From Octopus sinensis (taxonomy: Eukaryota), in the NCBI RefSeq assembly GCF_006345805.1, contig NW_021832930.1, positions 1 through 29,008 on the forward strand: DNA of 29,008 nucleotides. Direction: 5' to 3'. Shown one piece after another: positions 1 through 11,806 of this stretch. How positions within the stretch are numbered: position 1 is the stretch's first letter; each line of letters starts with the position of its first letter. The notes beneath the pieces are model-generated. The model did not search any database, was not told where the DNA came from, and was given only the letters and a program-made list of their open reading frames with translations. The translations under genes and the position numbers were made by a program.

Positions 1-161
1 GGCCAAAGTATTCCCGCATAGTATAAGACGATTCAACAGGACAATGGTAATATGCTCCATGAAAACTGATTTGCGTTTTGATCCATTAAATGTTCCTTTT
101 ATTTTAATATTATTTCATCTTTTATGCAATTCTCTTAAATATATATCTTTATTTCGATCAA

Positions 162-503
162 TCTGTGAAGGCGCATGGCTCAGTGATTAGAGCGTCGAGC
201 TGACGATCGTGAGGTTGTGAGATCGAATCCCGGACCGGCCTGCGTGTTGTGTTCTTGAGCAAGACACTTTATTTCACGTTGCTCCAGTTCACTCAGCTCT
301 AGAAATGAGTTGCGACATCACTGGTGCCAAGCTGTATCGGCCCCTTTGCCTTTTCCTTGGATAACATCAGTGGTGTGGACAGGAGAGGCTCGTATGCATG
401 GGCGACTGCTGGTCTTCCATAAACAACCTTGCCCGGACTTGTGCCTGGGAGGGTAACTTTCTAGGTGCAATCCCATGGTCATTCATGACCGAAGGGGGTC
501 TCC
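162..503 (+). mobile_element. tRNA-headed SINE (local name SINE-3: head A + tail Y), full length with TSD
   Basis: A-box-like TGGCTCAGTGA (176-186) and B-box-like GAGATCGAATCC (219-230). Exact 12-bp direct repeat TATTTCGATCAA at 150-161 and 504-515. The head is homologous to 18244ff and the tail (323-500) to 25965-26145. Confidence 0.9.
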
Positions 504-734
504 TATTTCGATCAAGGTAAGTGTAGCTTATTTGAAGCGTAAAACCTGAGTCGTGCACTAGTAAAGTATATAAGGTGACATTAGCAACCAGATATCTAGG
601 CGTGTATATATTAGATACATTAAACAGACATGATCTTCACACACACACACACACACACACATTCCCAAGCATATTCACACGCATGACATAACGAAAATAC
701 ATCCCATAGTGCCTTTGTATTTTGTGTTTGTTTG

Positions 735-911
735 TTTATTTGTTCGCCCCCCACCATCGCTAGACAACCGGCGTTGGTTTGTTTACGTCCCTGTTACTTA
801 GAGGCTCGGCATGAGAAACAGACAGATTAAGTAATTGGCTGAAAAACAAATTAAACATGGTAGAGGGATCAATTTGTTCGACTGACCGGTTTCAAGGCGA
901 TGCCCCAGCAG
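735..911 (+). mobile_element. Diverged 3' module of SINE-1 (headless)
   Basis: CATCGCTAGACAACCGG...GTTTACGTCCC...TTAGAGGCTCGGCA...AAGGCGATGCCCCAGCA aligns by eye with 4545-4690. Confidence 0.75.
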
Positions 912-912
912 C

Positions 913-1042
913 GTCGTAGTTTATATGTATCTATACACACACACACGCTTGTGTGTGTTGACGTGTGTACGTATATATATATAGAGAGAGAGATATAGAT
1001 AGATAGATATAGATATATATGATGTATGTGTGTATATGTATA

Positions 1043-1085
<43 letters not shown>

Positions 1086-1104
1086 CTAGCTAGATAGATA
1101 GAAG

Positions 1105-1146
<42 letters not shown>

Positions 1147-1225
1147 ACGTGTCCCCTACACATGCACATATACACACACATACAGGTACACGCTCATACG
1201 TACACACACACACACACATGCACTC

Positions 1226-1280
<55 letters not shown>

Positions 1281-1551
1281 TACATACACACTCATTGCAA
1301 CATATCTGGCATGAATATGCGTGCGCTAACACGTGCTCGAGTATCTTAGGATATTTGTAATTGTAGATATACATAGATATAACCATATGTGTACGTGTGT
1401 ACGTGCGTCAGTGTGTGTGTATGCATGTATGTATACACACACCTCTCCTCAATTATACACACACACACGTGCCTATATGATGCAAGAACTGTTTAATATA
1501 ACTACATCACAATATCTTTATCACTATATATATATACATAGATTAGATGAC

Positions 1552-1629
<78 letters not shown>

Positions 1630-1780
1630 CATATACGTATATATATGTATGTATTATATATATGCATATATATATTGAGAGAGAGAGGTGTGTATGCGTA
1701 TATTATATACAAGCACACACACGTATGTATAATATACGTATGTATATAAAAATGCTTACGCGCAGGTTAAGTTGCGTGGG

Positions 1781-1819
<39 letters not shown>

Positions 1820-1967
1820 GAAAGGGACAAGACAGAAGAAAGAGAGAGAGAGAGAGAGGAGAGAATGGCTGATAGATAGATAGACAACTAGGTAGGTAGG
1901 TAAGTAGGTAGGTAGGTAGGCAGGTAGGCAAGCAGACAGACAGACAGACACACAGACACACAGATAT

Positions 1968-2012
<45 letters not shown>

Positions 2013-2050
2013 CATAGCGAATTTTCCTTCATCTCTCTATATATGAAGCG

Positions 2051-2083
<33 letters not shown>

Positions 2084-2252
2084 TTGTGTGTGTGTGTATG
2101 TGTTTGTGGTGTTTGTGTTGTGGTGTGTGTTGTGTGTGGTGTGTGTGTGTTGTGTGTGGTGTGTTTGTGTGTGTTTGTGTGTTTGTGTGTGTGTGTGTGT
2201 TTGTGTTTGTGTGTTGTGTGTTTGGTGTGTGTGTGTGTGTGGTGTGTGTGTT

Positions 2253-2301
<49 letters not shown>

Positions 2302-2331
2302 TTGAGTGTGTGTGTGTGTGTGTGTGTTTGA

Positions 2332-2363
<32 letters not shown>

Positions 2364-2427
2364 TTGTGTGTGTCTGTGTGTGTGTTTGTGTGTGTGTTTG
2401 TGTGTGTGTTTGAGTGTGTGTGTGTTT

Positions 2428-2459
<32 letters not shown>

Positions 2460-2478
2460 TTGAATGTGTGTGTGTTTG

Positions 2479-2509
<31 letters not shown>

Positions 2510-2551
2510 TTGTGTGTGTGTTTGTGTGTGTGTTTGAGTGTGTGTGTGTTT

Positions 2552-2590
<39 letters not shown>

Positions 2591-2880
2591 TGTGTGTGTG
2601 TGTGTGCATAATTGTCTGTCCATTTATATGACGCAAACTCGATTTCCGACCAAATTACAGTCACTCAATGCGTGTTGCGTACGCATGCGCAATACGTGAC
2701 AATCAGTGCGTATGCGAACCTATACAGCATAAGACAAACGCTCTTTATGTGGGTGTATGCAGCGGTGTGTATACATCTGTGAATGTATGACGGTGTGTAT
2801 GCGTGATGTCTGTCTCTCTGTCAGTCTGTATGTATTTATGTGTATATATATATAGTCATATGTATCAGTGTAACTGTGTG

Positions 2881-2972
<92 letters not shown>

Positions 2973-3456
2973 GTGTGTGTGTGTGTATGTATACCAAAGT
3001 AAGAACACAAATTCTCAATCAAAACTGTCTGACGAGCGCGAACGTGAAACTCTGAGTAGCAGATTTTTGTGATAATTTTGCGATGTTCCTGCAGCGTTAC
3101 TTTATGTACATATATATATATATTTATATACACATCTATATATATATGTATGTATATATGTTTGTATGTATGTATGTATGTATGTATGCAAAACACATAC
3201 ATACATAAACGCATACACACACAAACGTTCGCATGTAATACACCCACATAAACAGCATTTGTTTAATGCCCGGTATTCTCACGCATTGCGCATGCGCATC
3301 GAGCACGCTTGTAGGGGTTTCGTTCGTATTCTCTGTGTATATAATGAAAGATCTAGGCATGTATGTATCTCTTTAACCTTACTATATACCTATGTGTGTA
3401 TCTGTTTGACAGTCTGCCTGCCTATCTCACTGTGTATCTGTCTGTTAGTCTATCTA

Positions 3457-3497
<41 letters not shown>

Positions 3498-3501
3498 ACT
3501 A

Positions 3502-3572
<71 letters not shown>

Positions 3573-3575
3573 CTT

Positions 3576-3647
<72 letters not shown>

Positions 3648-4000
3648 TATATGTCTATCTCTATCTATTTATTTATATCTATCTATCCAGCGATCCATTC
3701 ATCCACCCATCCGTCCATTTCTCCCTCTCTCTCTCCCTTTCCCTCCCCCCTCTTTCTCGCATTCTCACTCTCTCTCCCCTACCTACTTACCTACCTACCT
3801 ACCTACCTACCAACGTACCTACCTACCGACCGACCTACCTACCTACCTACCTACCTACCTACCTACCTACATACCTACCTACCTACCTACCTACCTACCT
3901 ACCTACCTACCTACCTACCTACCTATACCTACCTACCTACCTACCTACCTACCTACCTACCTACCTACCTACCTACCTACCTACTTACCTACCTACGAGT
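913..4000. repeat. Compound microsatellite field: (CA/TG)n, (TA)n, (GATA)n, (CT)n, (TAGG/CCTA)n
   Basis: Directly visible, e.g. degenerate (TG)n 2049-2607, (GATA)n 1107-1145 and 1970-2012, (CCTA)n 3779-3995, with short unique spacers between blocks. Confidence 0.97.
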
Positions 4001-4340
4001 CTCTGTGTCTGCATATATTTCAAAGTTGGACAAACATGAGCTTCACAAGACATCTTACTTCTAAGCTAAAAATGCCCAGTAATTAAAAATTAATTAGTGC
4101 TATAACCGTGAATATGTGACAGAAATAAAATGGAATACACCATTGCAAATATGATTCGGGTGTAGACACACGCTTATGTATACACACTCACACATATGTG
4201 TAGATACTTATATGTATATATGTAGGCATTTATATATTCATATCTTTACGTCTGTGCCTGTGTGTGCGTGTAAAGAGAAGGAGCGAAAGTGGAAGATATA
4301 TTTTATATATACTTCCATGTATATATATATATATATATAA

Positions 4341-4730
4341 GGCGCAGGAGTGGCTGTGTGGTAAGTAGCTTGCTAACCAACCACATGGTTCCGGGTTCAG
4401 TCCCACTGCGTGGCATCTTGGGCAAGTGTCTTCTGCTATAGCTCCGGGCCGACCAATGCCTTGTGAGTGGATTTGGTAGACGGAAACTGAAAGAAGCCTG
4501 TCGTATATATGTATATGTGTATGTGTGTGTGTTTGTTCCCCTAGCATTGCTTGACAACCGATGCTGGTGTGTTTACGTCGCCGTCACTTAGCGGTTCGGC
4601 AAAAGAGACCGATAGAATAAGTACTGGGCTTACGAAAATAATAAGTCCCGGGGTCGATTTGCTCGATTAAAGGCGGTGCTCCAGCATGGCCGCAGTCAAA
4701 TGACTGAAACAAGTGAAAGAGTAAAAGAGT
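4341..4730 (+). mobile_element. SINE-1, full length (head GGCGCAGGAGTGGCTGTGTGG, TA/TG linker, 3' module)
   Basis: A-box TGGCTGTGTGG, B-box GGGTTCAGTCC, 3' end CAGCATGGCCGCAGTCAAATGACTGAAACAAGT-(AAAAGAG)n. Near-identical copies at 15871, 22310 and 27416. Confidence 0.93.
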
Positions 4731-4950
4731 ATATACACTTCAGCAGCACCTCTCCTACCCATGGATTACACTGGACTCCTCTTTTGGTGATAAATCGCTC
4801 CAATACACCACAACGTTAGAAGTTTTTGAACATTTGGAAATTTTCTTAACTTTTTGTACTTTCTAAAACTTTTTGTACTTTCGGCTTTTTTTCCATTTGT
4901 AATTTCTTCCTACACTAGTTGTTCTTATTCTTTTTTTTCTTTCTGTGCTC

Positions 4951-4986
4951 CTTTCGGTGGAAGAGCGTAGGTTCGAAACGTTAAAG
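4951..4986 (+). ncRNA. Possible degenerate minimal hammerhead-like fold, probably a Penelope-like element terminus
   Basis: CTTT-CGGTGGA-A-GAG cgtagg TTC-GAAACGTT-AAAG. Stem I CTTT/AAAG, stem II GAG/TTC and GAAACGTT are present, but the core differs from CUGANGA at 2 positions. Confidence 0.3.
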
Positions 4987-5089
4987 ATTTACTCCCTGAG
5001 CGTTAAACTAATACATCTGTTTGTTGTGTACACCACCTGTCTTCGTCTTTTGCTTTTTTTGGTGAATATATATACATGCATGTAGAGAG

Positions 5090-5159
5090 ATATAAAAATA
5101 GATACATATCTAGTTTAATATATATACATACATACACATATCTGCATGTCTGTGTAAAT

Positions 5160-5199
<40 letters not shown>

Positions 5200-5373
5200 T
5201 TATATATGGGGCTGCCCAGATCGGAGCAATCTCAAGATTAATCAGCCGAAATTGCGAAGATGATCCGGTTCTTGACTGATGATTGAGGGCTTCGAATGTC
5301 CCGTCCTGTGTTTCTTGTGTCGTCTTCTAGGTGTTTCACGTTCTTGTCCCAGTTTGTATATTTTTTTACTTTT

Positions 5374-5429
<56 letters not shown>

Positions 5430-5582
5430 GTACGAAGAGCTAAACGTTGATGAGCGTAATATACTATAGTTCCACGTAAACTTTATATATACATATATAT
5501 ATTATATATAATATATATATATATATATGTATATATACGTATATTATATATGTATATATATATATATATGTATATGTATATA

Positions 5583-5642
<60 letters not shown>

Positions 5643-5967
5643 TATATATATATATGCATGCATGTATGTATGTATTAGACTCATATCTTTAATTAGATTT
5701 TGATGTAGATGTTTGTTGTCATAATTAATGTCAGTTTGTCTGGAATTTAGTAGTTTACAGGATTTATGGAGTTCGGCTTTAGCTGCAAACTATGGTGCGG
5801 TGCATATGTCACACACTCACAGACACACATAGAGACACACAAACACACAGACTGACAGAAAGAAAGAGAGAAAGAAAGAAAGAAGAAAAAGAAAGGAAGG
5901 AAGAGGGAATGATAAATAGATATACACCTATAGTTACATGCATACTCCCACATCTACACAGTCATAA

Positions 5968-6010
<43 letters not shown>

Positions 6011-6212
6011 TATACATATATAATATATATATATTATATACATATACATATAATATATACATATATAATATAATATATATATTGTATATATATATATGTT
6101 ATATATAGGTATATATATATATATCTATATATATGTTATATATATAGTATATATATATGTATATATAATATACATATATATATATATGTATATATATATG
6201 TGTATATTATAT

Positions 6213-6258
<46 letters not shown>

Positions 6259-6410
6259 TGAGTGTATGTATGTGTGTGCATATATACGTATACAGAACTA
6301 CCTATTTACATCACACATACATATATAAACACTACAAGGTTTATATCCAAATGTAAAATTGTATATACGTGTGTGTGTGTGTGTAGCTAGATATATAAAT
6401 AGTTAGAAAG

Positions 6411-6496
<86 letters not shown>

Positions 6497-6510
6497 TGAT
6501 AGATCTATAC
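5090..6510. repeat. (TA)n and (GATA)n microsatellite field
   Basis: Visible (TA)n at 5160-5207, 5380-5655 and 5968-6260; (GATA)n at 6405-6505. Confidence 0.95.
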
Positions 6511-6749
6511 ATACAAACATGCATAATATATAGGTATGTATACGTGTTTGTGTCTGTATTTGTTTTTTGGGGTTTTTTTGTTTTGTTTGAGTCGTTTCGG
6601 GTACCTGCTCCTTGCTGTCAGGTAAAACAAAAAGGTACCATAGGTAAAATAAATGCGTAATTAAATATGAATAAACAAGACTTTTGTAGAAGAGACATAA
6701 AAAAATACACCCAAAACATATTTGTCAGTATAAAACAACAGCAATACCA

Positions 6750-7037
6750 TCACGACCACCACCACCAACACCAACACCAACATCGACAACAACAGCAACC
6801 ACAAGAATTTTTTAAAAAATACCAACAACAATAGCAGCTGCAGCTGCAGCAGCAGCAGCAACAGCAGCACGAAATCAAAAGAGAAACGCCGGAATCGATG
6901 ACTTAGAGTTTTTTGGTAACACTAGTAACATCGATAAATATAAACAATAACAACAACAACAACAAATGCAAAATTTCCCCAATATCAAATACAGCATGTA
7001 TAATAACAGCAACAACCACAATAATAATGGTAATGAA

Positions 7038-7132
<95 letters not shown>

Positions 7133-7193
7133 CAATAATAAAAATAAAAATAATAATAATAACAGCAATAATAATAACAGCAATAATAATAAC

Positions 7194-7228
<35 letters not shown>

Positions 7229-7384
7229 TAATAATGATAATAATAATAATAACAATAAGAAGAAGAAGAAGAAGAAGAAGAATAACAATAATAATAACAA
7301 TTAATAATATAATAATAATAATAATAATAATAAGATAATAATAACAATAATAATAACAATAATAATAATAACAATAATAATAAC

Positions 7385-7446
<62 letters not shown>

Positions 7447-7817
7447 TGGTGATGATGATGAGTAGGAACAGTAGTTTAGTAGCGACAGCAGCAGCGTCAA
7501 CAACATCAAGAATGGAAAGAAGAAAACGTACAGCTTGAAACGTCGATGTGCAACAGGCTGTTCTTTGGGAGGGGGGGTGCGTTTGTATGTAGGTTCGTTT
7601 AACAAGAACCAAAACAACAGCAGCAGCATCATCATCATCATCATCATTGTCATCGACATCATCATCATCATCATTGTCATCATCATCATCATCATCATCA
7701 TCATCGTCATCGTCATCATCATCATTGTCATCATCATCATCATCGTCATCATCATCGTCATCGTCATCATCATCACCGTCATCATCTTCATCATCATCAT
7801 CATCATCATCGTCATCG

Positions 7818-7858
<41 letters not shown>

Positions 7859-7892
7859 TTCATCATCATCATCATCATCATCGTCGTCGTCG

Positions 7893-7936
<44 letters not shown>

Positions 7937-8544
7937 GTCATCATCAACATCATCATCATCATAATCATCATCGTCATCATCATCATCATCATCGTCATCA
8001 TCATCATCGTCATCGTCGTCATCATCATCATCGTCATCATCATCACCGTCATCATCTTCATCATCATCATCATCATCATCGTCATCGTCATCATCATCAT
8101 CAACAACAACAACAACAACAGCATTCTTCAAAAGCAACGCCGGTAAGCAATAGAAGACATTTATTATTATTACCTTCGCCGCCACCGCCACCACCACCAC
8201 CACCCCACCACCACCACTATTACTACTACCACTAACAACAAAAACAGCAACAACAACAAAAATAACAATAGAAACAGCGATAAGCGTGACTCTCTCTGGT
8301 CATTCTGTCTGCAAGAAATACCAGTCAAAACCCTCCCTCAAACTACACTCAGTCATCCCCTTATAAAGGGGAAGAAGCGTAAAGCCTATTGGATAACGTT
8401 GTTCTTAGTCATACTGTGATTGTGCGGAGTTTGGCGATTGGTCACGACTGGAACGTCGCCAATTATGGATCTATCTGTTCGATGATGGTTGATCTGGGGA
8501 TCAAGCAACAGTATCGACGACAACGACAACAACAAGAAGAGTAG

Positions 8545-8579
<35 letters not shown>

Positions 8580-8673
8580 CATCAGCAGCACCACTACGAT
8601 GAGGAGGACTTCGAAAACGAGAAGACAGCAAAAGCATCATCATCATCATCATCATCATCACCACCACCACCAC

Positions 8674-8705
<32 letters not shown>

Positions 8706-8740
8706 CCATCATCATCATCACATCATCGTCATCGTCATCA

Positions 8741-8789
<49 letters not shown>

Positions 8790-9380
8790 GTCATCATCAT
8801 CATCATCATCATCACAATCATCACCATCATCGTCATCACCATCATCATCATTACCATCACCATCATCATATCATCATCGTCATCATCAGTCAACATCGTC
8901 GTCATCGTTGTCATCGTTGCTGTGATCCTCCCCTTCCTCCACCTCTTCTTCACCACTACCACCACCATCACTGCCACTACCATCACCATCATCATCATCC
9001 TCATCGTCGTAGTCGTCATCACCGTCGTCAACATCATCACCATCATCATCATCAGCAGCACCATCATCCTCCTCCCCATCATCATCATCGTCATCATCAC
9101 CACCACCAGAAATACCGCCACCGATACCATCACCACCACCATTGACATCGTAGTCGTCGTCGTTGCCACGATGACGATAATGATGATGACGACGATGATG
9201 ATGATGATGGCCATCACCATCGCCGTCGTAGATTGTTGTCAATTTTTGCAACCACGAAAGCCTCCACTACTACAACATCGACCGCAGCAAAAACGAGAAC
9301 CACCGCATTCACAGTAGTTAACAGGGAGATCGTCAGAAAGCAACAACAGAACGGCTCCATAATAATAATAATAATAATAC

Positions 9381-9419
<39 letters not shown>

Positions 9420-9480
9420 TAATAACAATAATAATAATAATATAATATATAATAATAATAATAATAATAATAACATATCC

Positions 9481-9515
<35 letters not shown>

Positions 9516-9581
9516 AAAACAAATACTAACAATAATAATAATAATAATAATAATAACAACAACAACAACAACCACAACAAC

Positions 9582-9612
<31 letters not shown>

Positions 9613-9765
9613 TAATAATATGACAATAATAGCAATAAAATAATAATAATAAGGATGATAATACTAATACTTAATAATAATAATAATAATAATATAATGA
9701 TAATAATAATAATAATAATATACCAACAACAGCAACAACAATAATAATAATAATAATAAAAATAA

Positions 9766-9828
<63 letters not shown>

Positions 9829-9830
9829 TA
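6750..9830. repeat. Trinucleotide field: (AAT)n 7018-7445 and 9355-9828; (CAT)n 7626-8100 and 8630-9210; CAC/CAA/CAG patches
   Basis: Directly visible; it accounts for the poly-N/I/L/D/M/S/H ORFs in the track. Confidence 0.97.
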
Positions 9831-10062
9831 GGCTTCAAATTTTGAGACAAGGCCAGTGATTTCGGGGGCAGGGGCTAAATCGATTACATCGACCCCTGTC
9901 ATCAACTGTTGCTTATTTTAACGACCCCCGCCCCCAGCAACGATAAAAAGGCAAAGTCGACCAAGGGCGGAATTTGAACTCTGAACGTAAAGACGGACGA
10001 AATGCCGCGAAGCTTAGCGGCATTTCGTCCAGCGTGCTTGCGATTCTGCCAGCTCGCCGCCT
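9831..10062 (-). mobile_element. SINE-2 (head GGCGGCGAGCTGGCAGAATCG), single copy
   Basis: The reverse complement reads AGGCGGCGAGCTGGCAGAATCG (A-box TGGCAGAATCG)...CAGAGTTCAAATTCCGCC (B-box)...GGTCGACTTTGCCTTT; homologous to 19033ff. Confidence 0.88.
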
Positions 10063-10123
10063 GTGTAGTACCAGTAGTAGTAGTAGTAGTAGTAGCAGTA
10101 GTAGTAGCAGTAGTAGTAGCAGC

Positions 10124-10170
<47 letters not shown>

Positions 10171-10700
10171 CAGCAGCAGCAGCAGCAGCAGCAACAGCAA
10201 TAGTAATAACGATAGTGGAGATGCCGAGATGAGGAGGTGGAGAAGACGGGTTTCTCTTATTGGCCACAAGAGCCCAAGGCATTAAGGACAATACCAATGG
10301 ACGAAGTGGAGCACACAAAGAAAGGGCGGAGCGACGGTGGGGGGGGGGGTGCTTTACATCGACCGAAATAGAATGTAACAAAGGTTAACCAAAAGACTAG
10401 AATTGAGAAAAACAGAATTGCCAATAACGGAACAGTCCATCTAGGGTAATTTGGGGGAAACCCCCTACAAAAAGAACCAGGTTTTCTCTGTTGCCTTCAA
10501 GGCTTTGGGGGTGGTCTCTTCCAGTTTCTTTCCTCCTACGTAGAAAAGTGTACTCGGAGTATCGGCCGAGTATAGCCCCGCCAGTCTTGTCCCTCTCGTT
10601 CATCTTTTAATAAACACACAGCAAGACAGCATCTCCATCTTCAAGTAATACTTGTAGAAAGTGAAGAGAGCTAATAATGATAATGGTAATGATGATGATG

Positions 10701-10757
<57 letters not shown>

Positions 10758-11416
10758 TAATAATGATAATAATAATAATAATAATAACGAGGATCCTGAT
10801 GTTCATTTTCTCCATGACCCCAACCAACAACACAAACAACACCACCACTACAATCACTACAGCTACCACCACGACCACCACCGACGACGACGACACGACC
10901 ACCCACCACCACTATCATCATCATCATTATTATTATGGGCGGCGTCGTTGTTGTTGTCGTTGTCTTCCTTATCATTATGTGCAGCAACAGCGAAAGCCAC
11001 AATAGGCAACGAGTATACGATGATGATGATGATGATGATGATGAGGAGGAGGAGGAGGATGTGGTGAAGGTGGAGGAGGAGGATATTGTCACCACTACTG
11101 TCGCTGCAATCATCATCATTAGCACCACTGCCGCCGCCGCCGCCGCCGCCACCACATTCACCACCACCACCACCACCACCATCATCATCATGAAACAGCC
11201 ACAGCGATAACCACCGACACCATCGCAGCATCCGCGAACACAACAAATGCAACAACAATATCCACCACAAACAACATCTACAAGGAACACACACACACAC
11301 ATACACAAAGAAAAAACAAGCAGCGACCCTGTCAGCCAAGATGGCGAATGTGTCACCAAAGCCGGTTTGTGCTTATTTTTTTTCCGCTTTAACTTTGGCT
11401 TTGCCGACTGTCGGTT

Positions 11417-11535
11417 CTAAATATGGCAAGAGACTAGAAATATAGCGCGGCTAGCAACGCCAAATATGGTAGTCTGTTGCTAATGCTGGTTACTATGACT
11501 GTGACGTCATAGCAGAAAAACGTAAAGGGGCGTGG
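11417..11535. promoter_or_regulatory. Candidate cis-regulatory island: CArG box, CRE, GC box
   Basis: CCAAATATGG (11460-11469, exact CC(A/T)6GG), CTAAATATGG (11417-11426, 1 mismatch), TGACGTCA (11502-11509), GGGGCGTGG (11527-11535). Motif evidence only. Confidence 0.35.
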
Positions 11536-11770
11536 TTTGTAGTGAAAAACCGCAGCATCAGCATCGGCAAGAGAAGCAACATCAGCAGCTGCTGCAGTTG
11601 CTGCATATTATACAGCAAATGCAAGGACAACAACAACAAAAACGGCAGCAGCTGACAGCTGTTGGTGGTGCTGTTGGTGCAGCTGCTGTTGCTGCTGCTG
11701 CTGTTATTGCAGTTGCTGCTGCTGTTGTTGCTGCTCTTGCTGCTGTTGTTGCTGCTGTTATTGTTGTTGC

Positions 11771-11806
<36 letters not shown>

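Noticed and set aside
167-240. tRNA-like heads (also 4341, 18244, 18496, 19033, 25652) as tRNA genes
   Set aside because: A and B boxes are present, but no complete cloverleaf is evident and each continues into a SINE body.
3287-3298. Perfect NRF1-type palindrome TGCGCATGCGCA
   Set aside because: It lies among CA/TG-derived alternating sequence where such motifs arise easily, with no supporting promoter context.
3779-3995. (CCTA)n as an interstitial telomeric repeat
   Set aside because: The unit is TAGG, not TTAGGG or TTAGG; it is an ordinary tetranucleotide microsatellite.
869-4086. Long ORFs rich in HT, YI, CV, LS and PTYL repeats
   Set aside because: They are translations of di- and tetranucleotide microsatellites, open in several frames on both strands.
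5276-5300. CTGATGA...GAATGTC as a hammerhead or C/D-box motif
   Set aside because: The GAAA core is incomplete and there is no stem I pairing.
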